Shown: positions 1 through 9,614 of the stretch, piece after piece
Position numbering within the stretch: the stretch's first letter is position 1
How the letters are laid out: every line of letters begins with the position of its first letter
Assembly (NCBI GenBank): GCA_963845245.1
Contig: CAWJRJ010000013.1
Location: 23,234-87,233 of the forward strand
Length of the DNA stretch: 64,000 nucleotides
Direction: 5' to 3'
DNA from: Nitrospirota bacterium
Lineage (GTDB): Bacteria > Nitrospirota > JACRHJ01
Notes under the pieces: generated by a model
What the model was told of the DNA's origin: nothing
The model's database searches: none
What the model saw: the letters and a program-made list of their open reading frames with translations, nothing else
Position numbers and translations under genes: made by a program

Positions 1-424
1 CGGCCGCAACCGGCCCGTGTACGAACTTGTGGTTGGTCTTGTTGTCCTCGTGGCATTTGAAGCAGAGGTCCTTGCCCTCCGCCGCCAGCTGGAACTTGAA
101 TGGAGAGCTGTGCGGGCTGTGGCACCCCGTGCAGTCGCCGGAGGCGATCGGCCCGTGTACGTGCGCCTTGGTGTTCTTCTTGTCGTGGCACTGGTAGCAC
201 AGTTCCGCGCCCTCGGCGGCCAGTTTGAACTTGTGGTCGCCTATCTTGGTGTGGCACGCAGTGCAGTCGTAGCCGCCAACCGGCCCGTGCACGAACTTGT
301 TGTCGAGGAGCTTGGCATGGCAGGCTTTGGCCACGCAGCTCGGGTCCGGGTCCGCAAATGAAAGTTGCGCGTACCCGATTGCAAGGGTAAGAATGCTGAA
401 AACGATGGCTGCCTTAAGACGCAT
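1..424 (-). CDS. Secreted multiheme cytochrome c with paired CXXCH repeats (3' end outside window)
   Basis: Hand translation from ATG at 424 (AGGGGAA RBS): MRLKAAIVFSILTLAIGYAQLSFA signal peptide, then CVAKACH (CX4CH), CTACH, CYQCH, CTGCH, CFKCH with repeated VHGP motifs. Absent from ORF track because it runs off the edge. Confidence 0.9.
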   Translation of the reverse strand, partial: MRLKAAIVFSILTLAIGYAQLSFADPDPSCVAKACHAKLLDNKFVHGPVGGYDCTACHTKIGDHKFKLAAEGAELCYQCHDKKNTKAHVHGPIASGDCTGCHSPHSSPFKFQLAAEGKDLCFKCHEDNKTNHKFVHGPVAA

Positions 425-461
425 GTGTAGATTCCCCTTTCCCTCAAAAAAGTTTGCCGGA

Positions 462-1539
462 TCAGCCCGCACTTCCGTACGAGTGGAGGCCTGATAGAAG
501 CAGGTTGACGCCAAGGTATGTAAAAACGACTGCAAGAAAGCCGACCATCGAAAGCACCGCAGCCCTCTGTCCGCGCCAGCCCCTTGTCAGGCGGGCGTGC
601 AGGTAGGCCGCATATACGAGCCAGGTGATAAGAGACCAGGTCTCCTTGGGGTCCCAGCCCCAGTATGTGCCCCATGCGCTGTTGGCCCAGACCGCGCCCG
701 TTATGATGCCTACCGTAAGCAGGGGGAAGCCGATGGCTATCGTCTTGTATCCCACCTCGTCCAGAAGCTCGGACGTGTTTGCAAAGCCCGCGAGCTTGTC
801 CTTGATCTTGATCCCCGATCAGCCAGCTTACGAGCAGTATGCCGGCAAGGCCGAGCCAGCTCACTATCTTCATTGCCGCCGCAGGGTTCCTGAACGTGCC
901 TTCGAGCATGCGGGCGCCCTCGCGTCCCGGGTTAACGCCAAAGAATACGGCGTCTATGCACAGAGACAGCATGATTGCTATAAGCATGCCGATGCAGAGG
1001 CTCCAGAAAGTGTAAATGGCGTTTTTTTCCTTCGTGTTGACTATCAGGTACATCAGGCTGACGCCGAACGAGATTGCGAATGCGGCGTAGCCAAGGAACG
1101 AGGTGATGACGTGTATGTGCAGCCAGTAGCTCTTGAGCGCCGGCACAAGGGGCTCGATCTCCTTGGGTATGTTGGGCGCCACGAAGATGTATGTCATGGC
1201 GAGGAAGGCAACCGGCATGACGAAAGCGCCGAATGTCTTGTTTTTGTATTTCCACTCGACAATCAGGTAGATCAGTATGATCGTCCAGGCCCCGAACGAC
1301 ATCGACTCGAACAGGTTCGAGATTGGTATGTGGCCGATCTCGGCGCCCATCTGGTAGGATTCATACCACCTGATGGCTATCGAGGAAGTGTGGGACAGGA
1401 AACCGAGCGCTGTGAGCCCGGTCGCGATGTTGCCGACGCCCTTGCTCCTGAACTGGATGTGCGCAAGGTAGAAAACCATTGCGAACAGGTAGAAAAGGGT
1501 CGCTATCTTGAAAAACGTGATGTTGATGTCAAAGCTCAT
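462..1539 (-). CDS. ccsA: Cytochrome c biogenesis protein CcsA/ResC (system II); one apparent frameshift near 810
   Basis: N-terminal part has [11 protein letters not shown] and [11 protein letters not shown]-terminal part (ORF 462..755) has the WWD motif [21 protein letters not shown] and ends GLHSYG. Confidence 0.93.
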
Positions 1540-1571
1540 CTTCTTTGTCCTCCGGAAACGGCGTTAAAACG

Positions 1572-3044
1572 TTACTTCGCCCCGAGCCTGTCCAGCATGC
1601 GCCCGAAATCCTCTTCGAATGCCTTTCTGTTTTTGTTCGCGCTGCCTGCGGCGGTTATTATTACCTGGCCCTTCTCACCTTGCACAAGCCTTATCCATAC
1701 CCTCTTGTGATAAGTGAAGAAGGCTATCATTATGCCCAGGACCATAAGCGTGCAGCCGGTCCAGACGATCCATACGCCCGGGTCGTAGGTTACCTGCAGG
1801 CCTGTATAGTACGGACCCTTGTAGTTCATAATTGCGAGCGTGAAGGGCATCTTCGACGGCTGTGAATCCGGCGCCTCGTTCAGTATGACAGCCTGGTCCA
1901 CCATGTCGCCGTGCGCGTCGAGGAACTTCATCACTGCGGCACCGTGGCCCTTGAACTGGTCGCTCTGCGCCATTATCTGGTTGTTCGGGCCTATGGCCAC
2001 GTCGGGTGCAAGCTGGTCTATCACCATGTCGTAGTTGGTGCCTTCGATATGGACCTTTTCGTCCTTCTTCATCATGTAGTCGCGGATGTTGGGGCTACCG
2101 TCCTTGGGCGTGACCCGTATAGTCATAGTGGCCATGCCGGGCATGACGCCGTATGAAGACTGGAAGAAGCGGATTCCCTTGTACTGCATCGGGTCGTTTA
2201 CCCGTATGGTCTTGGTGAACATTTCCTTGCCGTTGTCGACGATGGTCAGGGTCGAGAGATAGTCGGACGGCATCTGCGAACTGCCGTACATCTTAAGCTC
2301 GAATTTGTCGCAGCGCACCTTGAAGCCGAGGGGCACCTCAGGCCCGAAGTTCCGCAGCAGGGGCTTGTTTATGATGCTTATGGCGTCTACCGAGTTGTTC
2401 TCCATTATCTGGACATAACCCTTGTAGCCCCAGAATGAGCCGATGAGGGCGCCTATGAAGATTATGAGTACGCTGATGTGCGTTACGTAAACGCCGAGCC
2501 TGGAGTACCTGCCCTTTTCGGCATAGTACTGGAATGAGCCGCCCTCGGACGCCTCTTTAGGGGAGAACCCGGCGTGCTTGACTGCGGCCCTGGCCTGCCC
2601 CTTTAACGCCTCCATGTCGCCCTTTATACGGATTTCCTTCTTGATCGCGAGCCCCTTGAGCGACTCGTCGGTAAGGGGCTGTTGCACCTTCCGGATGATG
2701 TTGAAGACGCCCGGCAGTCTCTCGTAGGTGCATACCGAGAGGTTGGACGAGAGCAGCATGAGCAGGCCGACGAACCACCATGAGTGGTACATGTTGGTAA
2801 GCCCGAGTTTGATGATGAGGTTGAGCCAGCCCTGTGCGGAGTCGTGGCCGAACAGGTCTATCATCATCTGTAGATTTTTGTTGGGGTCTGTCTGGTCGAT
2901 GACGGTGCCGATGATGGAGACCGCCGCCAGGACAATCAACAGGATTACGGTGAGTTTAAGGGATGCGAAGAAGTCCCATACCCTTTTTAAAACCCCGTCA
3001 TCTGCCTTCTTGACATCTGAACCGGTTGCTTTGTTCTCTTCCAA
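1572..3044 (-). CDS. resB: Cytochrome c biogenesis protein ResB/CcsB
   Basis: FFASLKLTVILL, MYHSWWF, GVYVTHIS, IRVNDPMQYKG, YTGLQVTYDPG motifs; upstream of ccsA. Confidence 0.92.
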   Translation of the reverse strand: MEENKATGSDVKKADDGVLKRVWDFFASLKLTVILLIVLAAVSIIGTVIDQTDPNKNLQMMIDLFGHDSAQGWLNLIIKLGLTNMYHSWWFVGLLMLLSSNLSVCTYERLPGVFNIIRKVQQPLTDESLKGLAIKKEIRIKGDMEALKGQARAAVKHAGFSPKEASEGGSFQYYAEKGRYSRLGVYVTHISVLIIFIGALIGSFWGYKGYVQIMENNSVDAISIINKPLLRNFGPEVPLGFKVRCDKFELKMYGSSQMPSDYLSTLTIVDNGKEMFTKTIRVNDPMQYKGIRFFQSSYGVMPGMATMTIRVTPKDGSPNIRDYMMKKDEKVHIEGTNYDMVIDQLAPDVAIGPNNQIMAQSDQFKGHGAAVMKFLDAHGDMVDQAVILNEAPDSQPSKMPFTLAIMNYKGPYYTGLQVTYDPGVWIVWTGCTLMVLGIMIAFFTYHKRVWIRLVQGEKGQVIITAAGSANKNRKAFEEDFGRMLDRLGAK

Positions 3045-3104
3045 TTAATTACTCCTCTTTTGATCTGGGGAATGGAAGCACGTGGACAAGTGGAAAACTC
3101 GAAA

Positions 3105-3134
3105 AATATAGCACCTATATGTCGGCAGTGTCAA
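3105..3134 (-). promoter_or_regulatory. Candidate sigma70 promoter for resB-ccsA-cytochrome operon
   Basis: Minus strand TTGACA-N18-TATATT with TG extension before -10. Confidence 0.45.
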
Positions 3135-3152
3135 GATAAATCGCCTGTTATC

Positions 3153-3788
3153 TCAGGTCTTTACCTTAGCCAGCAGCTCCACTATTTTGGCTTTTGCAAC
3201 CCTTCCTTCCCGAAGGATGCGGGGAGGGTCGCAGGTCAGGTCCACAACGGTGCTTGCCGGGGCCCCCGGTGTTGTGCCCCCGTCGAGGACCATGTCTATG
3301 CCCGTCAGTGCGGATGCCACCTCTTTGGCAGTTGTAAGCCCGGGCAGGCCCGCCTGGTTGGCCGACGTGGCCGTCACCGGCCCACCCAGGGCCCGCGCGA
3401 GGCCGGAAGCCACTTCATGTACCGGTAGGCGGATGCCGATTTTCCCCGTCCCGCCCGTCAAACTTTCCGGCACGGCCCCGGAGGCCCAGAAGACGAGCGT
3501 TACCGGCCCAGGCATTAGTTTTTCCACCGCGGTCCGCGCCAGTGGGCTCAACTCTCTGGTTAATAAGGTAATTTCTGGCTTTTCGTGGACGATGACCGGC
3601 AGGGGTTTTATGACGCTCCGCCCCTTGGCGTCGAAGACCTTCTTTACCGCTTCCGGGTTCAAGGCGTCCGCGCCCAGGGCATAGAAAGACTCGGTTGGAT
3701 ATGCGACAAGTCCGCCATTTTCAAGGACTTCGGCGGCCTCTGCCAGCGCGGGTGCCGGGTCTGATGGGTCTATCTTTACTATGCGCAC
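3153..3788 (-). CDS. tsaC: L-threonylcarbamoyladenylate synthase (Sua5/TsaC)
   Basis: YPTESFYALG, KGRS..KPL, PGPVT, TATSAN, STVVD motifs; GTG start at 3788 after AGGAGG. Confidence 0.93.
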   Translation of the reverse strand: MRIVKIDPSDPAPALAEAAEVLENGGLVAYPTESFYALGADALNPEAVKKVFDAKGRSVIKPLPVIVHEKPEITLLTRELSPLARTAVEKLMPGPVTLVFWASGAVPESLTGGTGKIGIRLPVHEVASGLARALGGPVTATSANQAGLPGLTTAKEVASALTGIDMVLDGGTTPGAPASTVVDLTCDPPRILREGRVAKAKIVELLAKVKT

Positions 3789-4693
3789 CCCTCCTGGCCC
3801 CCCTTTTTGGCTATCGCGCAGGTCTTGCACCCGGCGTCGCAGGGTTCGGGGTGTATCAGGACGTGCGAGTGGGGGAGGTCCTTTTCGATCTCGGTCTCAA
3901 GCGCGTTGCACAGGTCGTGTATCCGGTGGATGGGGTGTTCGCGGGGTACGACCAGGTGAAGGTCGATGAACCGCTGCGAGCCGCTCTTCCTTGCGCGCAG
4001 GTCGTGGAACTCCAGATAATGCTCCCCCTGCCGGGCAAGCGCGCCGTGTATCGTCGCCAGTTCGTCATCCGGCAGCGATACGTCCACCATGTGCGCGATG
4101 CCCTCCATCGTTATGTCGTAGGCGGCCTTTAATATTATCAATGCCACGCAGAGCGCGATTATGGGGTCGAATATCGCCTTGCCGGTTATCTTTATCAGGG
4201 CAAGCCCGCCCAGGACGCCAAGCGAGGTGTACACGTCGGTGCGCAGGTGCCATGCGTCCGCCGCAAGCGCTGGCGAGCCGGTCTTCTTGGCAATCTGGAA
4301 AAGTTTGCGGGATACCAGGTAGTTGACTATGGATGACAGCGCCATCACGCCAAGCCCCCAGCCCAGCGTCTCCGGGCCTTCGCCCTTGAAGAGCTTCGGC
4401 AGGGCCTCGTAAATGATTATCCCGGCGCCGACGAAGATCAGTATGCCCTCGGCCACCCCGGCGACGTTCTCGAACTTCCCGTGGCCGAAGTTGTGGTCCT
4501 TGTCCGCCCCCTTGCCGGATATCCTCACGCCGAAGAAGGTGATGACGGACGCGGCGAGGTCGACGCCGGAGTGCATGCCTTCGGCCGCGATACTGACCGA
4601 GCCGGTGAGTATGCCGACGGTTATCTTCAGGACTACGAGTACGGAGTTGGATACTATGGAAAGCCTTGCCCAGCTTTCCTTTTCGCTCTGCAT
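3779..4693 (-). CDS. Cation diffusion facilitator family transporter (FieF-like)
   Basis: Six TM segments, HSGVD and HLRTD metal sites, HNFGHGKFE, C-terminal dimerisation domain; Cys-rich tail. Confidence 0.92.
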   Translation of the reverse strand: MQSEKESWARLSIVSNSVLVVLKITVGILTGSVSIAAEGMHSGVDLAASVITFFGVRISGKGADKDHNFGHGKFENVAGVAEGILIFVGAGIIIYEALPKLFKGEGPETLGWGLGVMALSSIVNYLVSRKLFQIAKKTGSPALAADAWHLRTDVYTSLGVLGGLALIKITGKAIFDPIIALCVALIILKAAYDITMEGIAHMVDVSLPDDELATIHGALARQGEHYLEFHDLRARKSGSQRFIDLHLVVPREHPIHRIHDLCNALETEIEKDLPHSHVLIHPEPCDAGCKTCAIAKKGGQEGCA

Positions 4694-4702
4694 GGAAGAC
4701 CT

Positions 4703-4807
4703 CTATTTGTCGGGGCCGTTTGTGCGGTTATTCAGCCGGCCTGCGGCGAAGACGAAGAAGACGATAAGTATTATGGCAACTATTTCGCCGAAACCTATTC
4801 TATACAT
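4703..4807 (-). CDS. 34-aa TatA-like membrane peptide
   Basis: Hand translation [47 protein letters not shown] overlaps the queC 3' end; fills the queC-CDF gap. Confidence 0.6.
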   Translation of the reverse strand: MYRIGFGEIVAIILIVFFVFAAGRLNNRTNGPDK

Positions 4808-5472
4808 CCCCCGCCTCCTCGAACCCCTTGTTCCGAAGCAGGCAACTGTCGCACCGCCCGCAGGGTGTCCCGTCAGGCGCGGGGTCGTAGCACGAATGCG
4901 TCAGCGTATAGTCCACGCCCAGCTTGCGGCCCAGTTTTATTATACCTGCTTTTGTGAGTTTGATAAGCGGCGCGTGTATCTTGAACTTGTCGCCCTCGAC
5001 ACCCGCCTTTGTGGCGAGGTTTGCCATCCTCGCAAATGCGCGTATGTATTCCGGGCGGCAGTCGGGGTAGCCGGAGTAGTCGAGCGCGTTGACGCCGATG
5101 AATATGTCGTGCGCGCCGAGGGATTCCGCGAAGGCGAGCGCAAGCGACAGGAAGACGGTGTTCCTCGCGGGTACGTATGTCACCGGGATGCCGGTGCCGA
5201 TGTCCTTGTGCGAGCGGGACTTCGGGACGGGGATCGCGGATGTGAGCGCCGAGCCGCCGAAGCGGGAGAGGTCCACCTTCACGACCTCATGCCTTGTAGC
5301 GCCCAAGCGCCTTTGCCACCTTCTTCGCCGCCTTCAGCTCGAACTTGTGCCTCTGGCCGTAGTCGAACGACAGGGCGTAGCACTCGTAGCCCTTCGAAAC
5401 GGCATATGCTAAAACGGTGGCCGAATCAAGGCCACCGGATAACAATATAACTGCTTTTTTGGGAGTAATCAT
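4800..5472 (-). CDS. queC: 7-cyano-7-deazaguanine synthase QueC; apparent frameshift near 5300
   Basis: SGGLDS, YGQRH, TYVPARN, GYPDCR and CGRCDSC motifs over two ORFs. Confidence 0.95.
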
Positions 5473-5514
5473 AGGTTATGATAGAGGCGGGTAAAATTAT
5501 TCTAAACCGTCTCT

Positions 5515-7015
5515 TTAGATGTTTTCTGAAGAGGCTGTCCCGCCCGCTACAGCCCCGCCTTCGGCTTCGGGCCAGAAGGTTTCCTGCGTCTTCGCTTCTT
5601 CTTTGCCGCCGCTGCGCCTCGCCGCCCTCGGCAGTTGGTACTGCGGGTTGGTACTGCGGTTCGGTCTTTCAGCCTGTGGAGGTTTCGGACCCGCCGGTCT
5701 TGGCGCTGACGTCCTTCTCTCGGGCGGTCTGCCGGAAGACGGGCCACCTCGCCCGCTATCCCTGCCGCCGCCACGTCCGCCACGTCTTGCCTCAAGCGCG
5801 GCGCGTTCCTCGCGGCGTATGCGGTTACGCTCCTCGGCGGCCTTGCGCTCCTCGGGCGTGCGCCTCTTCTCCTTGGCGAACATATCCTCGTCCGGCCAGA
5901 CGACCGGGATCTTCATCTTGATGTATTCCTGTATCGGCTCCAGCGAGAAGACGTACTCCTCGTCCGCGAATGCGTATGCCTTGCCGTATGCGCCCGCGCG
6001 CGCGGTGCGGCCTATCCTGTGGACGTAGTCCTCGGCGTCCTGGGGCAGGTCGTAGTTGAAGACGTGGCTCACGTCATCCACGTGTATCCCGCGCGATGCG
6101 ACGTCCGTCGCGACGAGTATCGGGAGCTTTCCCGCCTTGAAGTCTTCGAGTATGCGCATCCGCTTGTTCTGTGCTATGTCGCCCGAGATCATGTCGGATG
6201 GGAAGCCGTTGCGGTTGAGGCGTTCCACCACGCTTTCGGCCTCGCGCTTGGTGTTGACGAACAGCATGCTGCGCTGTGGCTGCTCCTTCTGGAGGATGCC
6301 AAGAAGCAGGCTGAACTTCTCCTGCCGCCCGACATGGAACAGCGACTGCTCTATCCTGTCAACCGTCATATGCTCTGCGTCTATCTGTATCCGCTCGGGG
6401 TTGTTCATGTGCTCGTAGGCAAGCTCCATGACGCGCATCGAGAGCGTGGCCGAGAACAGCATCGCCTGGCGCTTGTCGAATTCGGGCATGCGCCGAAGCA
6501 TATAGCGGATGTCGGCGATGAAGCCCATGTCGAACATCCGGTCGGCCTCGTCTATGACGAGCGTCTCGATGTACTTGAGGCTGAACACCTTCTGCTTGAA
6601 GTAGTCTATCAGCCTGCCGGGCGTGCCCGACAAGGACGTCGGTACCGGCTTCGAGCTTCTCGCGCTGCTTCTGGTAGTCCACGCCTCCGTAGACGGCCAT
6701 GCAGTCGAGCCCGGTATGCTTGCCCAGTACCTGCGCGTCTTCGAGTATCTGGATGGCAAGCTCGCGGGTGGGCGCGATGATTATCGCCCTCGGCGCGCGT
6801 CCATGTTGAGGCGGGTCCATTTTCTTGATGCGGTTAAAGATCGAGATGAGGAATGCGGCGGTCTTGCCTGTGCCGGTCTGCGCCTGGACGGCGAGGTCTT
6901 TTCCGGCCAGGGCCAGCGGGAGGGATGCCTCCTGCACGGCGGTCAGCGTTACGAAACCGGTGTCCTTTATTCCCTCTAATACTTCCCTTGAAAGGTTCAG
7001 TTCTTCGAATATCAT
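5515..7015 (-). CDS. rhlB: DEAD-box RNA helicase, RhlB-like; apparent frameshift near 6625
   Basis: AQTGTGKT, PTRELA, TPGRL, DEADRMFDMGF, SAT, HRIGRTAR motifs; basic low-complexity tail. Confidence 0.85.
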
Positions 7016-7136
7016 GCCGATAGTGTACACCAAGAGGGCTTTTTTTCAAAGGAAAAAGGGATTTGTAACTTTAACGAGGTTGATGCCGTCTGATAAATAT
7101 GGTATCTTTTAATTACCCCTAAACAGGAGGTATGCC

Positions 7137-7493
7137 ATGAAGATAGCTGTATCAAGCTTGGATGGCAAGACCATTTGCGGGCAGTTAGGGAGTTGCAACC
7201 AGTTCATTATTTTTGAAGCGGACGAGTTTGGTATAAAGAACAGGAAGTTACGGGATAGCGCTTTTTTGTCTGACGCGGCGATGGCGGACGGGATGCACAG
7301 GGACAACATGCTTCAGGACTGTCAGGCCGTCATTACGCAGGGGATGAGCAGGGGCATGTACGAGGGCCTCTACAGGGCGGGGATAATCCCGGTCATCACG
7401 ATGGAGAACGAGCCCGCCGCCGCCGTGCGGCAGTTCGTGTCTGGTTGTCTGCCATCCACCCACAAGGGGGATTGCTCCTGCGGGGACCACTAG
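7137..7493 (+). CDS. NifB/NifX (FeMo-cofactor-binding-like) family protein
   Basis: MKIAVSS..GKTICGQLGSC..F; DCQAVITQGM..G..L...GI pattern; Cys/His tail. Confidence 0.75.
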   Translation: MKIAVSSLDGKTICGQLGSCNQFIIFEADEFGIKNRKLRDSAFLSDAAMADGMHRDNMLQDCQAVITQGMSRGMYEGLYRAGIIPVITMENEPAAAVRQFVSGCLPSTHKGDCSCGDH

Positions 7494-7499
7494 TCCCTG

Positions 7500-8153
7500 A
7501 TGAAGGACCACGAGCTTCCAAAAGCGATATCGGCCATAAAGAAGGCGGTCAGGGGCTTCAAGACCCCGGCCGTCTCCGTCGTGGCGGAGACGAAAGACCC
7601 GTATAAGGTCTTGATTTCATGCATCCTTAGCCTCCGCACCCAGGACGGGACGACAGCGGATGCTTCCGCGCGCCTGTTCGGCCTTGCGGCCACTCCCCAA
7701 AAAATGCTTGGCATTGACGTGAAAACGGTCGAAAAGGCTATATACCCCGTAGGTTTCTACCGCACCAAGGCGGTCTCCATTCAAAAAATCAACAGAATAC
7801 TGGTAGATGAGTTCCAGGGCAGAGTCCCGGATTCGATGGATGAGCTTCTGAAGCTGCCCGGAGTCGGCAGGAAGACGGCCAACCTGGTAATTAGCATAGG
7901 CTTCGGTCAGCCCGCGATCTGCGTCGATACCCACGTGCACAGGATCACGAACCGGTGGGGCTACGTATCCACAAAGACGCCCGAACAGACCGAGGCGGCC
8001 CTCAGGGACAAGCTTCCGAAAAGGTACTGGATAGAGATAAACGACCTGCTGGTGAAGTTCGGGCAGAACCAGTGCAAACCCGTGTCGCCGATATGTTCAA
8101 GCTGTCCGGTGGCGGCGTACTGCGATAGAGTGGGAGTGGGGAAGAGCAGGTAG
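7500..8153 (+). CDS. nth: Endonuclease III
   Basis: HhH motif LPGVGRKTAN, VDTHV, FeS motif C-X6-C-X2-C-X5-C. Confidence 0.95.
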   Translation: MKDHELPKAISAIKKAVRGFKTPAVSVVAETKDPYKVLISCILSLRTQDGTTADASARLFGLAATPQKMLGIDVKTVEKAIYPVGFYRTKAVSIQKINRILVDEFQGRVPDSMDELLKLPGVGRKTANLVISIGFGQPAICVDTHVHRITNRWGYVSTKTPEQTEAALRDKLPKRYWIEINDLLVKFGQNQCKPVSPICSSCPVAAYCDRVGVGKSR

Positions 8154-8160
8154 AGGGGTT

Positions 8161-8490
8161 TTAGCCGGTACCCGTTTCATCAAGCATGATATTTTCGTCG
8201 GGGTTTACAATGCTGAGCGGCGCATGTCGCGGCGCGGCCCTGACCGCGTCCATCGCTTCCCTGACCGCCACTTCGATAAGTATCCAGGGCGAGCCCAATT
8301 CGCGTGAGTTGTTGTTCGGGACGCTGACATAGTAATGCGGTGGCAGTGTATTAAGGGCCATTGCGGCCGCGTCGAGGCGGCAGCGGTGGCAGGGGCAGTA
8401 CCTGGACGTCTCCGACAGGGTCTTGTCGATATAGAACATGACCTTGTCGTGGTTGGCGTTTTCCACTCTGCTCGGTGTGTCGCTTGCCAT
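8161..8490 (-). CDS. ComFB family protein
   Basis: N..H, CPCHRCRLD, ALNTLPPHY, V...PRH signature. Confidence 0.85.
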   Translation of the reverse strand: MASDTPSRVENANHDKVMFYIDKTLSETSRYCPCHRCRLDAAAMALNTLPPHYYVSVPNNNSRELGSPWILIEVAVREAMDAVRAAPRHAPLSIVNPDENIMLDETGTG

Positions 8491-8528
8491 ATTTGCCCTC
8501 AAAACACAATGATGTTGCAATAGAATTA

Positions 8529-8545
8529 AGCAATTTCCATACCAG
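8529..8545 (-). promoter_or_regulatory. sigma54 (-24/-12) promoter upstream of ComFB gene
   Basis: Minus strand CTGGTATGGAAATTGCT: GG-N10-GC with TGG and TTGCT, 38 bp upstream of the ATG. Confidence 0.65.
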
Positions 8546-8885
8546 AAATGCATTACGGCAATAAGGATTGTAACTGTGTGGTTCTAAAGCAATTTAAGCT
8601 TGCCAGGAATGATTTTCGTTAGCGCCTATAGAGTGTATTTACTCAGCCAGGGTATTCTATTTATAGGATCAAAAGGTGTGCTTACTACTCATGTTAGTGT
8701 TATCGTTGAATATATTGTTTTTTCAGGTACCGCATGCTCCAGGTAACCGGTCACGCTCAGTAGGTACAAATGCTGACTGAATTCACTCATTATGTGCGGC
8801 CCAGTCCGCATAAAAAAACAACATACATTACGTTATTTCTGGTATCATAGACCATTCAGCCGTATCCAGACAGACTCAAGGGGGG

Positions 8886-9614
8886 ATGATGATGGACGAA
8901 AAAACGGAGAAGGTCCTGGCCGACTTTGCCGAGATGATGAAAGGGCTTTATGGCGAGGAGCTTGTCTCGCTTGACCTGTACGGTGAGGCTGCCGCAGGTG
9001 AGCAGGTAGGTAGCCACCGGCCCATGAAGCTTCTGGCTGTAATGACCCAGGTCGGGCCGTCCCAGCTTAAAAGATACGCCGGTGTCAACCCCAAGTGGTC
9101 GAAAAAAGGTGTACCTGCACCCTTGATGATGACCCTCGATACACTTGAGACTTCGACGGACGTTTTCCCGATAGAGTTCTTCGAGATGAAGGAGTCGTAC
9201 AGGCTCCTGCACGGCAAAGACGTCCTCGCAGGCCTTGAGATAAGCCACGAGAACCTCCGTCGTCAGTGCGAGGAGCAGATAAAAGGCAAGTTCATACATC
9301 TGCGGCAGGGATATATAGAGGCCTTCGGCGATAAAAAGGCGCTTTCGCACCTGATTGCGGCCTCGATCGAGCCGTTTACCCAGGTTATGAGAAACATCCT
9401 GAGGCTTAAAGGCAAGGGTGTGCCTGTAAAAAAGGATTCGATTATAAAGGAGTTCTGCCTTGAAGCTGGCCTGGACGAGGCGCCTTTCATGGGTGCGCTG
9501 GCCATAAGACGGGAGGGCCTGACTCCCACCGTGGACGAGCTTGACCGGCTTTTTGCGGCCTACCTGACGGAGGTCGGCAAGCTGGCGGTAGTTATTGACA
9601 AATTGGCGGTGTGA
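8886..9614 (+). CDS. Nucleotidyltransferase-fold protein of LemA/TPM operons (degenerate active site)
   Basis: SLDLYGEAAAGE, STDVFPIEF, LLHGKD, LRRQCE; first gene of the TPM-TPR-lemA-coaD run. Confidence 0.7.
   Translation: MMMDEKTEKVLADFAEMMKGLYGEELVSLDLYGEAAAGEQVGSHRPMKLLAVMTQVGPSQLKRYAGVNPKWSKKGVPAPLMMTLDTLETSTDVFPIEFFEMKESYRLLHGKDVLAGLEISHENLRRQCEEQIKGKFIHLRQGYIEAFGDKKALSHLIAASIEPFTQVMRNILRLKGKGVPVKKDSIIKEFCLEAGLDEAPFMGALAIRREGLTPTVDELDRLFAAYLTEVGKLAVVIDKLAV

Noticed and set aside
17..1865. Long plus-strand ORFs opposite ccsA/resB, and similar antisense ORFs across the window
   Set aside because: Shadow frames of GC-rich genes with no motifs; the opposite strand has clear family signatures.
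8587..8605. Second sigma54-like site TGGCAAGCTTAAATTGC (minus strand)
   Set aside because: GG to GC spacing is 12 nt, not the required 10.
8740..8820. Possible c-di-GMP riboswitch or terminator upstream of ComFB
   Set aside because: No GEMM core elements; the hairpin is followed by A, not U, so it is not a terminator on either strand.
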